Counted from the stretch's first letter, positions 1-9,914 are shown. The stretch: DNA of 32,000 nucleotides from Geotalea uraniireducens Rf4 (GCF_000016745.1 NC_009483.1:4260001-4292000), one strand, 5' to 3'. Numbers and translations: made by a program. The notes: generated by a model not told the origin, from the sequence alone.

Positions 1-679
1 CGACGATTTCCGGCAGTGTCCACTCCCGCTTACGCAACTGGTTGGCTTTATGCAGCGCATCGTCGGCAAAGCCGTCGTCACCGAGGATACGCCCTTCGCA
101 TGTTCCGCTGTGAAACTCGTTTCTTCGTTCCTCACCCATTCCATCGGCAACAAATTGCCGATACGCCTTGCGGGCAGAATCGGTTCTGCGGCCAAGCAGC
201 GAGAGCACCCATTCGGTAGTCAGCCACGGCAGCACTTCACTGCCGAGATAGGCGCGATGGCCGCTCCACGGGTACTCCTGCGGAAGCGGCACCATGTCTG
301 CCCGAACCGGATTCAGGTGGACATAACGCACGAGCTCCAGCAGGTACGCGTCCGCGTCCAACAGGAGCGCCTTGTATCGCCCCTGGAAGAGATGTCCCGT
401 GCGCCCTTGGGTGTAGTTGACCCATTTTGTATAGCGCAGTGACAGGTTCTGCATGATGAGCGAGAGAGGGGTGTCAGCCACCTGTACGACAAGGTGAATG
501 TGATTCGTCATGCAGCAAAAGCCATGAATGCGGTAGCCGAATCTTTCCACGGATTCCTGCAGAAAGAGGTAGAGCCGGAAGCGGTCTGCATCCTTGAAGA
601 AAATCGGCTGGCCGGCATTGCCGCGAAGTATTACGTGATAGACGGCTCCGGGATAATGAATGCGAGGTTTACGTGCCAT
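1..679 (-). CDS. IS200/IS605-superfamily Y1 (HUH) transposase-like protein, RayT/COG1943-like; C-terminal end runs off the window
   Basis: Absent from the ORF track because there is no stop inside the window. Hand translation of the minus strand from ATG (679-677) stays open to position 2. It reads MARKPRIHYPGAVYHVILRGNAGQPIFFKDADRF...FCCMTNHIHLVVQV (H-I-H = HUH motif)...GHLFQGRYKALLLDADAYLLELVRYVHLNPVRA (Tyr region)...EYPWSGHRAYLG. The track ORFs 50..442(+) and 494..727(+) are its antisense shadows. Confidence 0.75.
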   Translation of the reverse strand, partial: MARKPRIHYPGAVYHVILRGNAGQPIFFKDADRFRLYLFLQESVERFGYRIHGFCCMTNHIHLVVQVADTPLSLIMQNLSLRYTKWVNYTQGRTGHLFQGRYKALLLDADAYLLELVRYVHLNPVRADMVPLPQEYPWSGHRAYLGSEVLPWLTTEWVLSLLGRRTDSARKAYRQFVADGMGEERRNEFHSGTCEGRILGDDGFADDALHKANQLRKREWTLPEIV

Positions 680-713
680 GTTTACAGGATATCAACAAAT
701 GTCCGAATGTCTA

Positions 714-777
714 GCCTGACCCCATGATTTCACCATGATTTCACCATGATTTCATGATTTGCCTGACCCCATGATTT
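714..777. repeat. Array of five CATGATTT octamers, bracketed by a 17-nt direct repeat GCCTGACCCCATGATTT
   Basis: CATGATTT occurs at 723-730, 734-741, 745-752, 753-760 and 770-777. GCCTGACCCCATGATTT occurs at 714-730 and 761-777. The array lies 35-100 nt upstream of the transposase-like start codon. Confidence 0.8.
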
Positions 778-810
778 GCCCCGCCACACTTGAGCCCCAC
801 TTCACGCTTT

Positions 811-1758
811 CTAGGCCAGGAACTCACAGATATGCTTTGCGATGACATCTCCGTCTTCCTCGAGAGCAAAATGTCCCGTATTCAGCAGGTGGAAGTCGAG
901 ATTCTTCAAATCCCGTTTGTACGGATGGGCACCCGCCGCCGGGAAAATCTCGTCATTCGCGCCCCACACGATCAGCGTCCGCGGCTGGTGCTGGCGGAAA
1001 TATGCTTGCCAACTGGGATATAGAGGCGGATTGCTGCCGTAGTCGTAGAACAGTTGCAGTTGGATCTCCGCATTGCCTGGCCGATCCAGCAGTCTTTGGT
1101 CGACGTGCCAGTTGTCAGGGCTGATCGCCTCTTTGTTGCGAACCCCGTTGGTGTACTGCCACTGCGTTGCTTCTAACGTCAAGAGGAAGCGGAGCGCGTC
1201 TTCGTTCGACATATTGGGCTGCTTGTAAGCAGCCTTGATATTTTTCCACCATTCGTTGTCAAGACCCTTGTTGATGGCCCCACGATCTTTCCAGTACTCC
1301 TTGATCGGCTCCCAGAAATTGTTGTCAATCCCTTCGTCGTAAGCGTTACCATTCTGGATGATCAGTGACTCGACACGCTCGGGATATTTCGCGGCCAGAC
1401 GGAAGCCGATTGGAGCGCCGTAGTCCATCAGGTACAGGCTGTAACGTTCGAGCCCGAGTTTCACGGTGAACTTGTCGAGGATCTCGCTGAGATTATCGAA
1501 GGTGTAGTCGAACTCATCGACCCTAGGTATCGAACTGTTCCCGTAGCCGGGGTAGTCCGGGGCCACCAAGTGAAACAGGTCCGCCAGGGCAGGGATCAAA
1601 TCTCGGTACATATGCGAGGACGTCGGAAAACCATGCAGCAATAGCAGGGTAGGCGCTTCCCGCGAACCGGCCTCGCGATAGAAGATCGATTGCCCATCGA
1701 TTTCGACGGTGCGATACATGACCGCGGGAATTCGAGTAACGATGTTCGTTGAATTCAT
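811..1758 (-). CDS. Alpha/beta-fold hydrolase, epoxide hydrolase / haloalkane-dehalogenase-like (Asp nucleophile class)
   Basis: Track ORF 811..1851, trimmed to the internal ATG at 1758, which is preceded by AAAGGAGGAG. It contains the [10 protein letters not shown] oxyanion motif (HGxP), LMDYGAPIG (sm-x-D-x-sm nucleophile elbow) and a C-terminal NTGHFALEE (catalytic His). Confidence 0.8.
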   Translation of the reverse strand: MNSTNIVTRIPAVMYRTVEIDGQSIFYREAGSREAPTLLLLHGFPTSSHMYRDLIPALADLFHLVAPDYPGYGNSSIPRVDEFDYTFDNLSEILDKFTVKLGLERYSLYLMDYGAPIGFRLAAKYPERVESLIIQNGNAYDEGIDNNFWEPIKEYWKDRGAINKGLDNEWWKNIKAAYKQPNMSNEDALRFLLTLEATQWQYTNGVRNKEAISPDNWHVDQRLLDRPGNAEIQLQLFYDYGSNPPLYPSWQAYFRQHQPRTLIVWGANDEIFPAAGAHPYKRDLKNLDFHLLNTGHFALEEDGDVIAKHICEFLA

Positions 1759-1871
1759 GATTCTCCTCCTTTTGTGATCGCGTGTACGCTCCGCATAACA
1801 TACGCTTAACCTGCGAAGGGGGCTTGTCAGGTTGAAGCGATTGTTCGGCAATTTTTTTGGTGATGAATTCC

Positions 1872-2036
1872 TTATACTTTACCATAAAGTTTTCGTAATT
1901 CATCTTTTGCAACTTCAAGGACTTTCAGCTGTTCTCTATCCAAGTTTTTCCCAGCTCGATTAATATAGAATACAAGCATTGACATTGCCGAACGAAATGG
2001 AGTTGCTTTTCTTCGAATACTATTCGCTGCTGACAT
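1872..2036 (-). CDS. Small ORF (54 aa) resembling the C-terminal part of DUF3175-family proteins; possibly a truncated remnant
   Basis: Hand translation gives [54 protein letters not shown]. It is below the track size cutoff. The [16 protein letters not shown]...AK-ELR pattern matches my recollection of DUF3175. It is shorter than typical family members. Confidence 0.35.
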   Translation of the reverse strand: MSAANSIRRKATPFRSAMSMLVFYINRAGKNLDREQLKVLEVAKDELRKLYGKV

Positions 2037-2077
2037 TTTTAAAGATAATGCAATTGCTTTGACTCACGTCGGTTGTC

Positions 2078-2229
2078 TGGGTACCGGCGTTCCCCCCGCC
2101 TGCAGTATCAAACTTGATATCCAGTCCGGCAACGAGTAAAAAAGGCTCTTTCTCCTCGTCGAAAAGGCGGTACTTGCCGCCGAAGCTGAAATCGCCCACC
2201 CCGTCCCGTTTCTCGTACTCCGGCTCGTT
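2078..2229 (-). pseudogene. Start-less fragment of an outer-membrane beta-barrel (MetA-pathway/transporter-like) gene
   Basis: The minus-strand frame reads NEPEYEKRDGVGDFSFGGKYRLFDEEKEPFLLVAGLDIKFDTAGGGNAGT. It has no start codon and is abutted by the stop of the upstream transporter gene. The GD-x-S/E-x-G-x-KYRL...L-x-V-K/I-x-PT/DT pattern resembles that family. Confidence 0.3.
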
Positions 2230-3884
2230 TACATCAGGAGAAGGAGCAAAAGTTGCACGGCGAGGATCTTGCCGATGGTGGCCACCGGGTAGACCGAGGC
2301 GTAGCCGATGTTGGGGAGGTCGTTGCCGGTCTGTTCCAGCGCGTAGCCCAGCACTGCCGGCTGGGTCTGCATGCCGGCGACCATGCCGATGAGGAGGCTC
2401 ATGGGTATCTTCAGCAGCCGGTGTCCGATCCAGAGCGTGGCGAGCGCCGTGATGCAGGTGATTACCGCGCCGGCGGCAAAGATCGCCACCCCTCCCCCCT
2501 TGGTGAAGGTCGAGACAAAGCTGTAGCCGGCGCGGGTGCCGACCCCGGCGAGGAAAAAGACCAGCCCGATCTGGCGCAAGGTCATGTTGGCGCTGTACGG
2601 GAGACTCCAGACCATCCGGCCGGTGCGACCGACGGTCCCAAGAATCAGGGCAACGATCAGCGGCCCGCCGGCAAAGCCGAGTTTGAGGGTGATCCCACCC
2701 GGCATGGGTATGGGGACGATGCCGAGCAGGAGCCCGAGCGCCAGGCCAAGGCTGAAGGTCATGATGTCCACCTCGCTGACCGCCCGGTAAGAGTCGCCGA
2801 AAAAAACGCTCACTGCCTCCATCTGATCGATGTGGCTCAACACCCGCACCCGGTCCCCCAACTCCAGCACCATCTCGTCGTGGGGGAGAAAGTCATCGTC
2901 ACCGCGCCGCACCCGCGTCAACACCGCGCCGAAGCGCTCCTGCAGGTTGAGCTCCTTCAGGGTGCGCCCGGCCACCTGGGGATTGGAAACGAAAATCCGG
3001 CGATAGTCGTACTCGCTCCGGTCAAGCCCGATATGCTCGCTGCTCAGTCCACCGAGGAAGGCGGCAACCTGTTGCAGATCTTCCACGGTCCCCACCACGA
3101 TGACCATATCGCCCGCTTCAAGGATCGTCTGCGGCGTTGAGAGAAAAACACGCTCTCCCCGCTTGATGCGGCCGAACATGACGTCCCATTTCAGGCTGCG
3201 GCTCAACTCTTCAATGGTCTTCGCCCCCCGGTCGTCGCGTGTCACCCGGATGGTGCAGTTGAGAAGCGGTTCGTTGCTCGCGCCGAAGGTACGCAACCTC
3301 TTGGCCTCGGCAGCATAATCGACCCGCCAGAGACGCTGAACGATGCTGACGGCAAGCACCACGCCGATCACGCCGACGGGATAGGTGATCGAATAACCGA
3401 CTACCGGCTCAGCCAGCATCTGCTCAAGCGCCCTCGCAGGCACAGTGTGCTTGATGGTCTCCAGGGCGCTGGCCAGGGCGGGGGTGTTGGTCAGGCAGCC
3501 GGAAAACATGCCGGCGGTCAGGGTCGCTTTCAGGTGGAGCACTTTCTGGACGATGATGGTGAGTCCGACGGCGAAGAGGAGCATGCCGATTACCAGCAGG
3601 TTGTTGCGCACCCCCTCGCGCCGGAGAGATGCGGCAAAGGCCGGACCGCTGGACAGGCCGACCGTATAGACAAACAGCCCGAGGCCTAAGATGTAAACGA
3701 TCTCCGGCAATTTCAGATCCGGGTGAAGGGAACCGATGGCCAGCCCGACGAAGAGGACCGCCGCCACCCCTAGGCTGCTGCCGCGGATCTTGACCCTGCC
3801 AAGGGGATAGCCGATGGCGGCCACAAGAAAAAGGAGCATGAGGGGATTATCAATGAGTATTTTGAGCATGCGCGTACCAATCAT
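2229..3884 (-). CDS. Putative transporter of the YidE/YbjL (aspartate:alanine exchanger, AAE) family with two central TrkA-C/RCK_C-like domains
   Basis: 551-aa ORF. Hydrophobic N- and C-terminal halves flank soluble repeats (VTRDDRGAKTIEELS...GDMVIVVGT and VSNPQVAGRTLKELN...LELGDRVRVLS). An alternative start is the ATG at 3869. Confidence 0.8.
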   Translation of the reverse strand: MIGTRMLKILIDNPLMLLFLVAAIGYPLGRVKIRGSSLGVAAVLFVGLAIGSLHPDLKLPEIVYILGLGLFVYTVGLSSGPAFAASLRREGVRNNLLVIGMLLFAVGLTIIVQKVLHLKATLTAGMFSGCLTNTPALASALETIKHTVPARALEQMLAEPVVGYSITYPVGVIGVVLAVSIVQRLWRVDYAAEAKRLRTFGASNEPLLNCTIRVTRDDRGAKTIEELSRSLKWDVMFGRIKRGERVFLSTPQTILEAGDMVIVVGTVEDLQQVAAFLGGLSSEHIGLDRSEYDYRRIFVSNPQVAGRTLKELNLQERFGAVLTRVRRGDDDFLPHDEMVLELGDRVRVLSHIDQMEAVSVFFGDSYRAVSEVDIMTFSLGLALGLLLGIVPIPMPGGITLKLGFAGGPLIVALILGTVGRTGRMVWSLPYSANMTLRQIGLVFFLAGVGTRAGYSFVSTFTKGGGVAIFAAGAVITCITALATLWIGHRLLKIPMSLLIGMVAGMQTQPAVLGYALEQTGNDLPNIGYASVYPVATIGKILAVQLLLLLLM

Positions 3885-4005
3885 TAAAAGGAATGGGTGA
3901 TGTCGTTCTTATCGGAAAGTATAGCCCAAATATTGACAATAACAGCCACCAGCAACCACGACTTTTGCGGAGGATGAGTCCCATGCGGCATGACAAGGAA
4001 AGCTC

Positions 4006-4194
4006 TTAAAAATCGATTTTAAATTTCGACGGCACCGCATCCCCTTTTTTTATTATCTTCTGACCCTGGGGCGCCTGGACAAACCTGAGAAACCGCTTTA
4101 TTCCCGGTGTCCGTTTCTTGCCGAGGACAAGGTTGAATTCCTTGACCATCGGCCACTGCCCATTTTTCACCGTCTCAAACATTGCACCCTTCAT
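4006..4194 (-). CDS. 62-aa ORF resembling only the C-terminal end of a periplasmic phosphate/anion-binding (PBP-like) protein; probable remnant or orphan small gene
   Basis: Track ORF with GGAGG 5 nt upstream of the ATG. The ending ...KRFLRFVQAPQGQKIIKKGDAVP is like the tail of PstS-type binding proteins. No N-terminal domain is present. Confidence 0.3.
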   Translation of the reverse strand: MKGAMFETVKNGQWPMVKEFNLVLGKKRTPGIKRFLRFVQAPQGQKIIKKGDAVPSKFKIDF

Positions 4195-4287
4195 GCAGAC
4201 CTCCGGGATTAATTGTATGCAGGAGCATTTAACTTATCGGCGGAAGTATTGAGGAAGTTAAGTCTGTTTTTGCCCAATCCATCCGTC

Positions 4288-4848
4288 TTATCCATTGTCG
4301 CGCTCCCGGCAATGGACGCAGTTCCGATAGCCGGTGCAGGGTTTGAAGACAGAGATGAGCATCAGGTAGAGGAGGACGATGGTCTGGAGGACGCCAAAAA
4401 TCACGTCCACGTAATAGGTGCGAAAATAATCCGGGTCGGCAAAGGCGCCGAAGCCGAGGACATCGCTCAGCGCAGCCAGCCTCCTCATCCATGGGGCAAG
4501 ACAGAGGGAGCCAAAAACCATCGCCGCCACAGTAATGGTCCACTTGGTGACGACCCAGCGGCAGGAGGTGAGCCGCAGGTTGGCCACCAAACAGAGCGCC
4601 ACCCCGCTCAGAAAGCAGAGGGCCGCAGAGGGAATGATGAGAAAGTTGTCCAGATACTGGATGCCGACGTTGAAAGCGAACAGCGCATCGCCGCTGCCGG
4701 CCAGGCGGCTCAGGTAGAGGAGGACCATGACGCTAAAGCCGGCGCCGACCCAGAGGCATGAGGAAATGATATGAAGGTACTTGAGGAACAGTCGAATACG
4801 GTGAAATTCCGGAAGCGTTTGCATACCAGGGCATCTCCTGGAGCCCAA
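4288..4848 (-). CDS. Hypothetical integral membrane protein (about 4-5 TM segments)
   Basis: 186-aa track ORF, hydrophobic throughout. The ATG at 4824 (MQTLPEF...) is an alternative start. No family was recognised. Confidence 0.5.
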   Translation of the reverse strand: MGSRRCPGMQTLPEFHRIRLFLKYLHIISSCLWVGAGFSVMVLLYLSRLAGSGDALFAFNVGIQYLDNFLIIPSAALCFLSGVALCLVANLRLTSCRWVVTKWTITVAAMVFGSLCLAPWMRRLAALSDVLGFGAFADPDYFRTYYVDVIFGVLQTIVLLYLMLISVFKPCTGYRNCVHCRERDNG

Positions 4849-5060
4849 GTATAATTGTCGGCAATCCGCCGACTAAAATAAAGTATGTATACCGTTCGAT
4901 GCGTATACTTTTATCCTGATGCAAAATGTACTCACCAGATCGGTGACTTCTCAAAATCTTACAACGGGTTAAAAACATTCGTGTTTATTCGTGTCATTCG
5001 TGGCTAACTGCCGTTTTTGGATTTATTCGACAGCTACGATTCCCCCCCAACTCCCGATAC

Positions 5061-5099
5061 AAAAAAGCCCCCGGCTCAATGAGCACGGGGGCTTTTTCC
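5061..5099. terminator. Rho-independent, bidirectional-looking terminator downstream of the sfrA-like gene
   Basis: AAAAAAGCCCCCGgctcaatgagcaCGGGGGCTTTTT. A GC-rich 8-bp stem is flanked by an A-run and a T-run, 30 nt after the stop at 5131. Confidence 0.6.
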
Positions 5100-5130
5100 A
5101 TACATGCGGACTGACCTTCGACCGACAGTA

Positions 5131-7662
5131 TCAGGCCTTTTCCACCTTGACGCCGACCATGTTGGCATTTCCAGCCAGCAGAGCATTTGCGTTGAGGTCG
5201 CGGAAGTGGATGGGGGCAAAGAGCAGACCGGGCTGGAGTTTTTCGCTTACCCTGGCCTTGCCGGTTATGCTGCCGCTTGCAGAGCTGACCTTGACCGATG
5301 CGCCGTCGACGATCCCGAGCTTTGCGGCGTCGCCGGCAAATATTTCGATGTACCCTTCAGCCGACACGGAGAGGTTGTTTTCCGAGCGTGTGGACATGGT
5401 ACCGTTGTGGAAGCCGATCGCTCCGACCAGAATCTGGAACTGGTCCGTTGCCGTTGCAGCCGGGGATGCCAACGGTGAAAAGGCCAACGCGGTTTTAAGC
5501 GCCGCTGCCTGCTTGCCGGTCCCGGCGCAGCGCCCATCTACAACCGAGCACTCTCCGCTGTACAGCGGGGAAAGGTCCTTGAATTCCCTGAGAAGTTCAC
5601 CAGGTGAATAGACGTGGCTGGCAAAGGTGAGGCGATTGTACAATTCAGCTATAATATCCCAGTCCTCACGAGCGTCTCCGACAGCGTCCACCGCCTTGCC
5701 GAGACATTGCACCCGGTTGTCGGTGGTTGTGAACGAACCGCTCTTTTCAGCGGCAGCAGCTGCTGGGAAAACCACGTGAGCCAGTTGCACCACTTCACTG
5801 TTGAAGATGTCCTGGACGATCAGAAGTTCGAGCTTGGCCAGCGCCCTTTTGATCCTGCCGTTGTTGGGGAACGTGGTCAGGTCGCTTCCCAGGAGATAAA
5901 GGGCCTTGATGGAACCCTGCTCGATCCCGTCGATGATCTGCCAAAGGTCTTTTCCCTTTGCGGTCGACGCCTGATAACCGGAAAGATGGTCGGGACTTAC
6001 TCCCACATCGAGCAGCCCCTGGGTGTTGTTCTTGGCGTCGACGGGGAACAAGCCGCCGGAATCCTTGCCGAGACAGCCGGTGAGAAGCGCCAGGTCGGCG
6101 AGGGCCGCGACCTTTTCTGCGGCATGGGTGCTCCGCATGAGATCGGAACCGAACAGGATGGCAACGCTCTTTTTCCCGCCGATCAGGGTGGCGGCCTCGC
6201 GCAGGTCGGCCTCCGCCACACCGGCAGCAGCAGCCAGATCGGCAAGTGACTGGCCGGAAAGGGCTGTTTTCAGCGTATCCAGGTTGTTTACCTTGCCCTG
6301 AACGAATTCCTTGTCCTCAAGGCCCGCATCGAGAATGGCCTTCATCAGGCCGTTGATCAATGCCTGTTCGCTGCCGGGTCGGTATTTCAGGTGGTTGTTG
6401 GCGAATTTCTTCAGCTTCACATCGCGCATGTTGGCCAGCACCAGTCGGGCATCGTTCTTTGTGGCTGCCTTGATTACCCGGTATTCGGCTCCGGTCGCCT
6501 CGGCGTTCAGATCGGTGCCGATGACCAGGATGGCCGCAGCCGTGTCGATCCGGTCAATGGCAGCGCTGGCGCCGGTGAATCCCAGCTTTTCCTTGAGAAC
6601 CGCCTGGGCACCGGCATAACCGAGACGTGCCTCGGAATCGATATGGTTGGTGCCGACTGCTACGCGCATCAATTTCTGGAACAGGAAGTTCTCTTCGTTG
6701 GTAACCCGTGGCGAACCGATACCGGCCACCGCATCAGGTCCCGATGCCTTGACAATGTCCAAAAGTTTGTCGCTGGCATAGGCCATTGCCCTGTTCCAGT
6801 CCGACTTGGACTGTGAACCGGTTTCTTCTCTCACAAGCGGAGTGGTGACCCTTTCGGCGGAATTCAGGTAGCTATAACCGAACCGGCCATTAATGCAAAG
6901 ATTGCCGTGGTTGAAGGTGGCATCGTCGCTTGTGACACGCTCGACCTTCCCGTTGCGGGAATGGTATTCGATCTGGCAGCCATTGCCGCAGAAGGCGCAG
7001 ACGCTCTTGGTAATCTTGAAGGTCCAGGGGCGGCCCCTGAACTTGAACGGCTTGCTGATCAGGGTGCCGGTGGGGCAAGCAGCGACGCAGTTGCCGCAGA
7101 ATTCGCAGTTGAGCGGTTTGCCGTCAATGGTGTCGATGATGGTCGCTTCGCCGCGATTGACAACCGCGATGGCATCGCAGCCGACTATTTCATGGTCCAC
7201 CTTGACGCACTTTTCACAGAGGATGCAGCGGTTCGGATCGCTCTCGATCAACGGCCAGTCGTAACGAATCTGCCGTCTTTCGAGAAGAGCCGAATACTCC
7301 TGCTTCGCCACGTCGAGACCGTAGCAGGCGTCCTGGAGATCGCACTCACCGCCGGCATCGCAGACCGGACAATCCAGCGGATGGTTCACCAGCATCAACT
7401 CCATTACCTTGCGTCTGATCTCGGTCAGCTTATCCGACTGGGTGGTGACCTTGATCCCGTCCTTGACCGGCGTGTTGCAGGCGGTCATGGTGCGATCGAC
7501 CCCCTCGATCTCAACCGCACAGACGCGGCAAGCGCCGGTGGGAGACACCTTCTGCAGCCAGCAGAGGGTCGGTATCTTGATGCCGACTGTCGCCGCGGCA
7601 TCAAGGATCGTCGTCCCCTTGGCCACCGTTGTATTTTTGCCGTCGATTGTCAGATTGACCAT
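5131..7662 (-). CDS. sfrA: NuoG/FdhA-like molybdopterin-domain iron-sulfur oxidoreductase, alpha subunit of an SfrAB-type NADPH oxidoreductase
   Basis: 843 aa. It has an N-terminal 2Fe-2S pattern ([10 protein letters not shown]...C), [21 protein letters not shown] and [14 protein letters not shown], followed by a molybdopterin-oxidoreductase-like body. It is paired with an upstream GltD-like gene. Sizes and order match my recollection of Geobacter sulfurreducens SfrA/SfrB. Confidence 0.7.
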   Translation of the reverse strand: MVNLTIDGKNTTVAKGTTILDAAATVGIKIPTLCWLQKVSPTGACRVCAVEIEGVDRTMTACNTPVKDGIKVTTQSDKLTEIRRKVMELMLVNHPLDCPVCDAGGECDLQDACYGLDVAKQEYSALLERRQIRYDWPLIESDPNRCILCEKCVKVDHEIVGCDAIAVVNRGEATIIDTIDGKPLNCEFCGNCVAACPTGTLISKPFKFRGRPWTFKITKSVCAFCGNGCQIEYHSRNGKVERVTSDDATFNHGNLCINGRFGYSYLNSAERVTTPLVREETGSQSKSDWNRAMAYASDKLLDIVKASGPDAVAGIGSPRVTNEENFLFQKLMRVAVGTNHIDSEARLGYAGAQAVLKEKLGFTGASAAIDRIDTAAAILVIGTDLNAEATGAEYRVIKAATKNDARLVLANMRDVKLKKFANNHLKYRPGSEQALINGLMKAILDAGLEDKEFVQGKVNNLDTLKTALSGQSLADLAAAAGVAEADLREAATLIGGKKSVAILFGSDLMRSTHAAEKVAALADLALLTGCLGKDSGGLFPVDAKNNTQGLLDVGVSPDHLSGYQASTAKGKDLWQIIDGIEQGSIKALYLLGSDLTTFPNNGRIKRALAKLELLIVQDIFNSEVVQLAHVVFPAAAAAEKSGSFTTTDNRVQCLGKAVDAVGDAREDWDIIAELYNRLTFASHVYSPGELLREFKDLSPLYSGECSVVDGRCAGTGKQAAALKTALAFSPLASPAATATDQFQILVGAIGFHNGTMSTRSENNLSVSAEGYIEIFAGDAAKLGIVDGASVKVSSASGSITGKARVSEKLQPGLLFAPIHFRDLNANALLAGNANMVGVKVEKA

Positions 7663-7813
7663 GTTATCTTTACCTCTGATTTTTTTCAGCTCTTTATTTT
7701 TTTATATAACTTCGGCCGCTGGTCGCGCTCAAAAATGCCCGGGAGCAAGACGTCGAGGAACAAGCAGGGGAGCACAAAGGCAACGCCGCAGATGGGCGTT
7801 TTTCCGCGGGAAG

Positions 7814-9832
7814 CTATACTGCAACCATGGCTACCCGGTAGCATCGCAGACACCGCTCCGCCTCGCGCACCGCCTGGCTGTTCGTGAAGCCGAGCTCAAC
7901 CTCGCAGTAGTTCTTGTAGCTGGCCCGCTCCTTGCCGTGTACCTCGGCCTGGTGCGCCCTTGCAGCTGAATCGAGCCAGGGAACGCTCTCGGTCTTATCA
8001 TAGACACCCATGTAGTTAAGGATGTCTTCCATGTATTCGTCGTCGGTAAGGTAAGCCTTCCCCTCTTCCAACCAGCGCTGAATGACCTTGGCGGCGCGAT
8101 GACCGCTGCCGATGCAGGCAACGGCGGTCAACGGACCGATCTCTGCGTCACCGCCGGCGAAAATCCCGTTACAGTCGGTAATCAATGTTCTGGACTGGGA
8201 GTTCCCCATTCCGTCCTTCAGTTCCTTGCCCGCCGCATCCTTATAAGGGATGTACTTGGTGACGATGGTGTTCCACTTGGTGATGTCAATGCCCAGGTCG
8301 GGCGGTATGAAGCCCAGGTCCGGATCCTGGCCGATGGCCGGGATGACGGTGTCGCATTCGACAACGAATTCGCTGCCAGCCATCGGTTCCGGCCGACGTC
8401 GGCCGGATGCATCCGGCTCGCCCAAGGCCATCCGCACGCATTCCACGCCGGTTATCCGGTCATTGGCATCGACGATGATCCTGGTCGGTAGGACCTGGAA
8501 TTCAAACTTGACCCCTTCCTCATCGGCGCCGTCCACTTCCCATACGTCCGCCGGCATCTCTTTGCGGGAGCGGCGGTAGAGCAAGATAGATTCTTCGGCA
8601 CCTTCCCGGAGGGCAACCCGCACGCAGTCAATGGCAGTGTTGCCGCCGCCGACAACCACGACCTTTTTCCCCATGCCGGTCGGTTTACCCATGTAGGCCT
8701 CGCGCAGGAAGTCGATCCCTCCCTTGAGGAAGCCCTTGTAACCCTTGTCTTCGCCCTCGACACCCATCGGCTTGGAACGGTGCGCACCCGGCGCGAGAAA
8801 GACCGCGTTGTATTTCGACTTCAACTCGGCCAGGGAGATATCCTTGCCGATCCTTGTGTTATAGATTATCTCAACGCCCATGGCGGATATGATATCGATG
8901 TCCCGTTGCAGCAAGTGACGCGGCTGACGGTAGGGAGGAATGCCGACTGCGACCATGCCGCCGCCGAACCCTTCGGGAAGCGCCTCGTAGATGGTTACCG
9001 GGTATCCTTCCAAGGCCAGGTAATAGGCCGCGGCAAGACCGGCAGGGCCGGCGCCGACCACGGCAACGGTCTTGCTCTTGCGCGGTTTCGGCTGCATGGG
9101 CGGTTCGATCTTGTGCTGCCACTCGTAATCGGAAGCAGACCTTTTCAGCACCATGATGCTGATCGGCTCGTCCACGTTCTTGCGCCGGCAGGCCGTTTCG
9201 CACGGATGGGGACAGACACGGCCGCAGACCGACGGGAGCGGCATATTGTCGCGGATCGCCGCCAGCGAATGCCCGAAATGATAATCCTTGATCCCTTCGA
9301 TATAGGCGGGAATGTCTATATGCGCCGGACACTTGTCCTGACAGGGGGCGGTATACTTATCGATGTAGCTGAACTCTGCAGCCGGCTTTTTAGCGCTGTT
9401 TATATATGCAAGGAAATCGTTACGGAAATATTTCACCGCATCAAGCACCGGCACCGTGGAGCTCTGACAGAGGGTGCACTTGCAGTTTTTCAGGAGATCC
9501 GCCAAGTCCTCAATGGTTGCCAGGTCGGCCTCTGATGCCTTCCCGGCAATGATCGCAGCCAGGGCATCCATGAGGACACGGGTCCCTTTCTTGCCGGGGG
9601 TGCACTTACCGCAGCAGTACAGGGTCTGTACGCGCCGCATGTATTCGGCAGCCATCACGGGAACATCCACGTCCTTATTGAAGACGATGATGCCGTCCCA
9701 TCCCATGAAGGCAGCCATCGGCCGCTCACCGTCATAGGTTACAGGTAGCCGGAACTGCGCCTCCGTGCCGGCGCCGCCTGCGCGGTTATCAACAATATTT
9801 CTTCCCCAGCTGGAAAAAACCACCTGTGCCAC
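7814..9832 (-). CDS. sfrB: GltD-like NADPH-binding FAD/iron-sulfur oxidoreductase, beta subunit of an SfrAB-type complex
   Basis: 672 aa with a GTG start preceded by GGAGG. Cys clusters are present (CGKCTPG, CGRVCPHPCETACRR). Two Rossmann motifs are present (VVGAGPAGLAAAYY and VVVGGGNTAIDC). The C-terminus has a ferredoxin-like CLRCY. Confidence 0.7.
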   Translation of the reverse strand: MAQVVFSSWGRNIVDNRAGGAGTEAQFRLPVTYDGERPMAAFMGWDGIIVFNKDVDVPVMAAEYMRRVQTLYCCGKCTPGKKGTRVLMDALAAIIAGKASEADLATIEDLADLLKNCKCTLCQSSTVPVLDAVKYFRNDFLAYINSAKKPAAEFSYIDKYTAPCQDKCPAHIDIPAYIEGIKDYHFGHSLAAIRDNMPLPSVCGRVCPHPCETACRRKNVDEPISIMVLKRSASDYEWQHKIEPPMQPKPRKSKTVAVVGAGPAGLAAAYYLALEGYPVTIYEALPEGFGGGMVAVGIPPYRQPRHLLQRDIDIISAMGVEIIYNTRIGKDISLAELKSKYNAVFLAPGAHRSKPMGVEGEDKGYKGFLKGGIDFLREAYMGKPTGMGKKVVVVGGGNTAIDCVRVALREGAEESILLYRRSRKEMPADVWEVDGADEEGVKFEFQVLPTRIIVDANDRITGVECVRMALGEPDASGRRRPEPMAGSEFVVECDTVIPAIGQDPDLGFIPPDLGIDITKWNTIVTKYIPYKDAAGKELKDGMGNSQSRTLITDCNGIFAGGDAEIGPLTAVACIGSGHRAAKVIQRWLEEGKAYLTDDEYMEDILNYMGVYDKTESVPWLDSAARAHQAEVHGKERASYKNYCEVELGFTNSQAVREAERCLRCYRVAMVAV

Positions 9833-9914
9833 TTCAGCCTCCGCGAAACCCTGTTAAATTATATCTGAAAAACCACTTATCTTGTCGTATTTATTGAACA
9901 AATTTCGACTTTTC

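Noticed and set aside
50-727. Plus-strand track ORFs 16..219, 50..442 and 494..727
   Set aside because: They are antisense shadows of the continuous minus-strand Y1 transposase-like frame (1..679), which has clear family motifs. The plus-strand products are Arg/Ala-rich with no recognisable features.
1523-1918. 131-aa minus-strand ORF, and the N-terminal extension of the hydrolase ORF up to 1851
   Set aside because: It overlaps the hydrolase N-terminus in another frame. The hydrolase has an excellent RBS at the internal ATG (1758), and the extension has none.
2253-3140. Long antisense or out-of-frame ORFs inside large genes. Examples are 2253..3140, 5614..6249, 6907..7887, 7409..7969, 8780..9535, 10300..10824, 12418..13065, 17475..18041, 18239..18844, 23082..23597, 24161..24706, 25848..26477, 27202..27639 and 28513..29067.
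   Set aside because: These are typical shadow ORFs of GC-rich coding DNA. Each is fully embedded in a gene with strong family signatures, and their products are low-complexity (Arg/Gly/Ala/Pro-rich).
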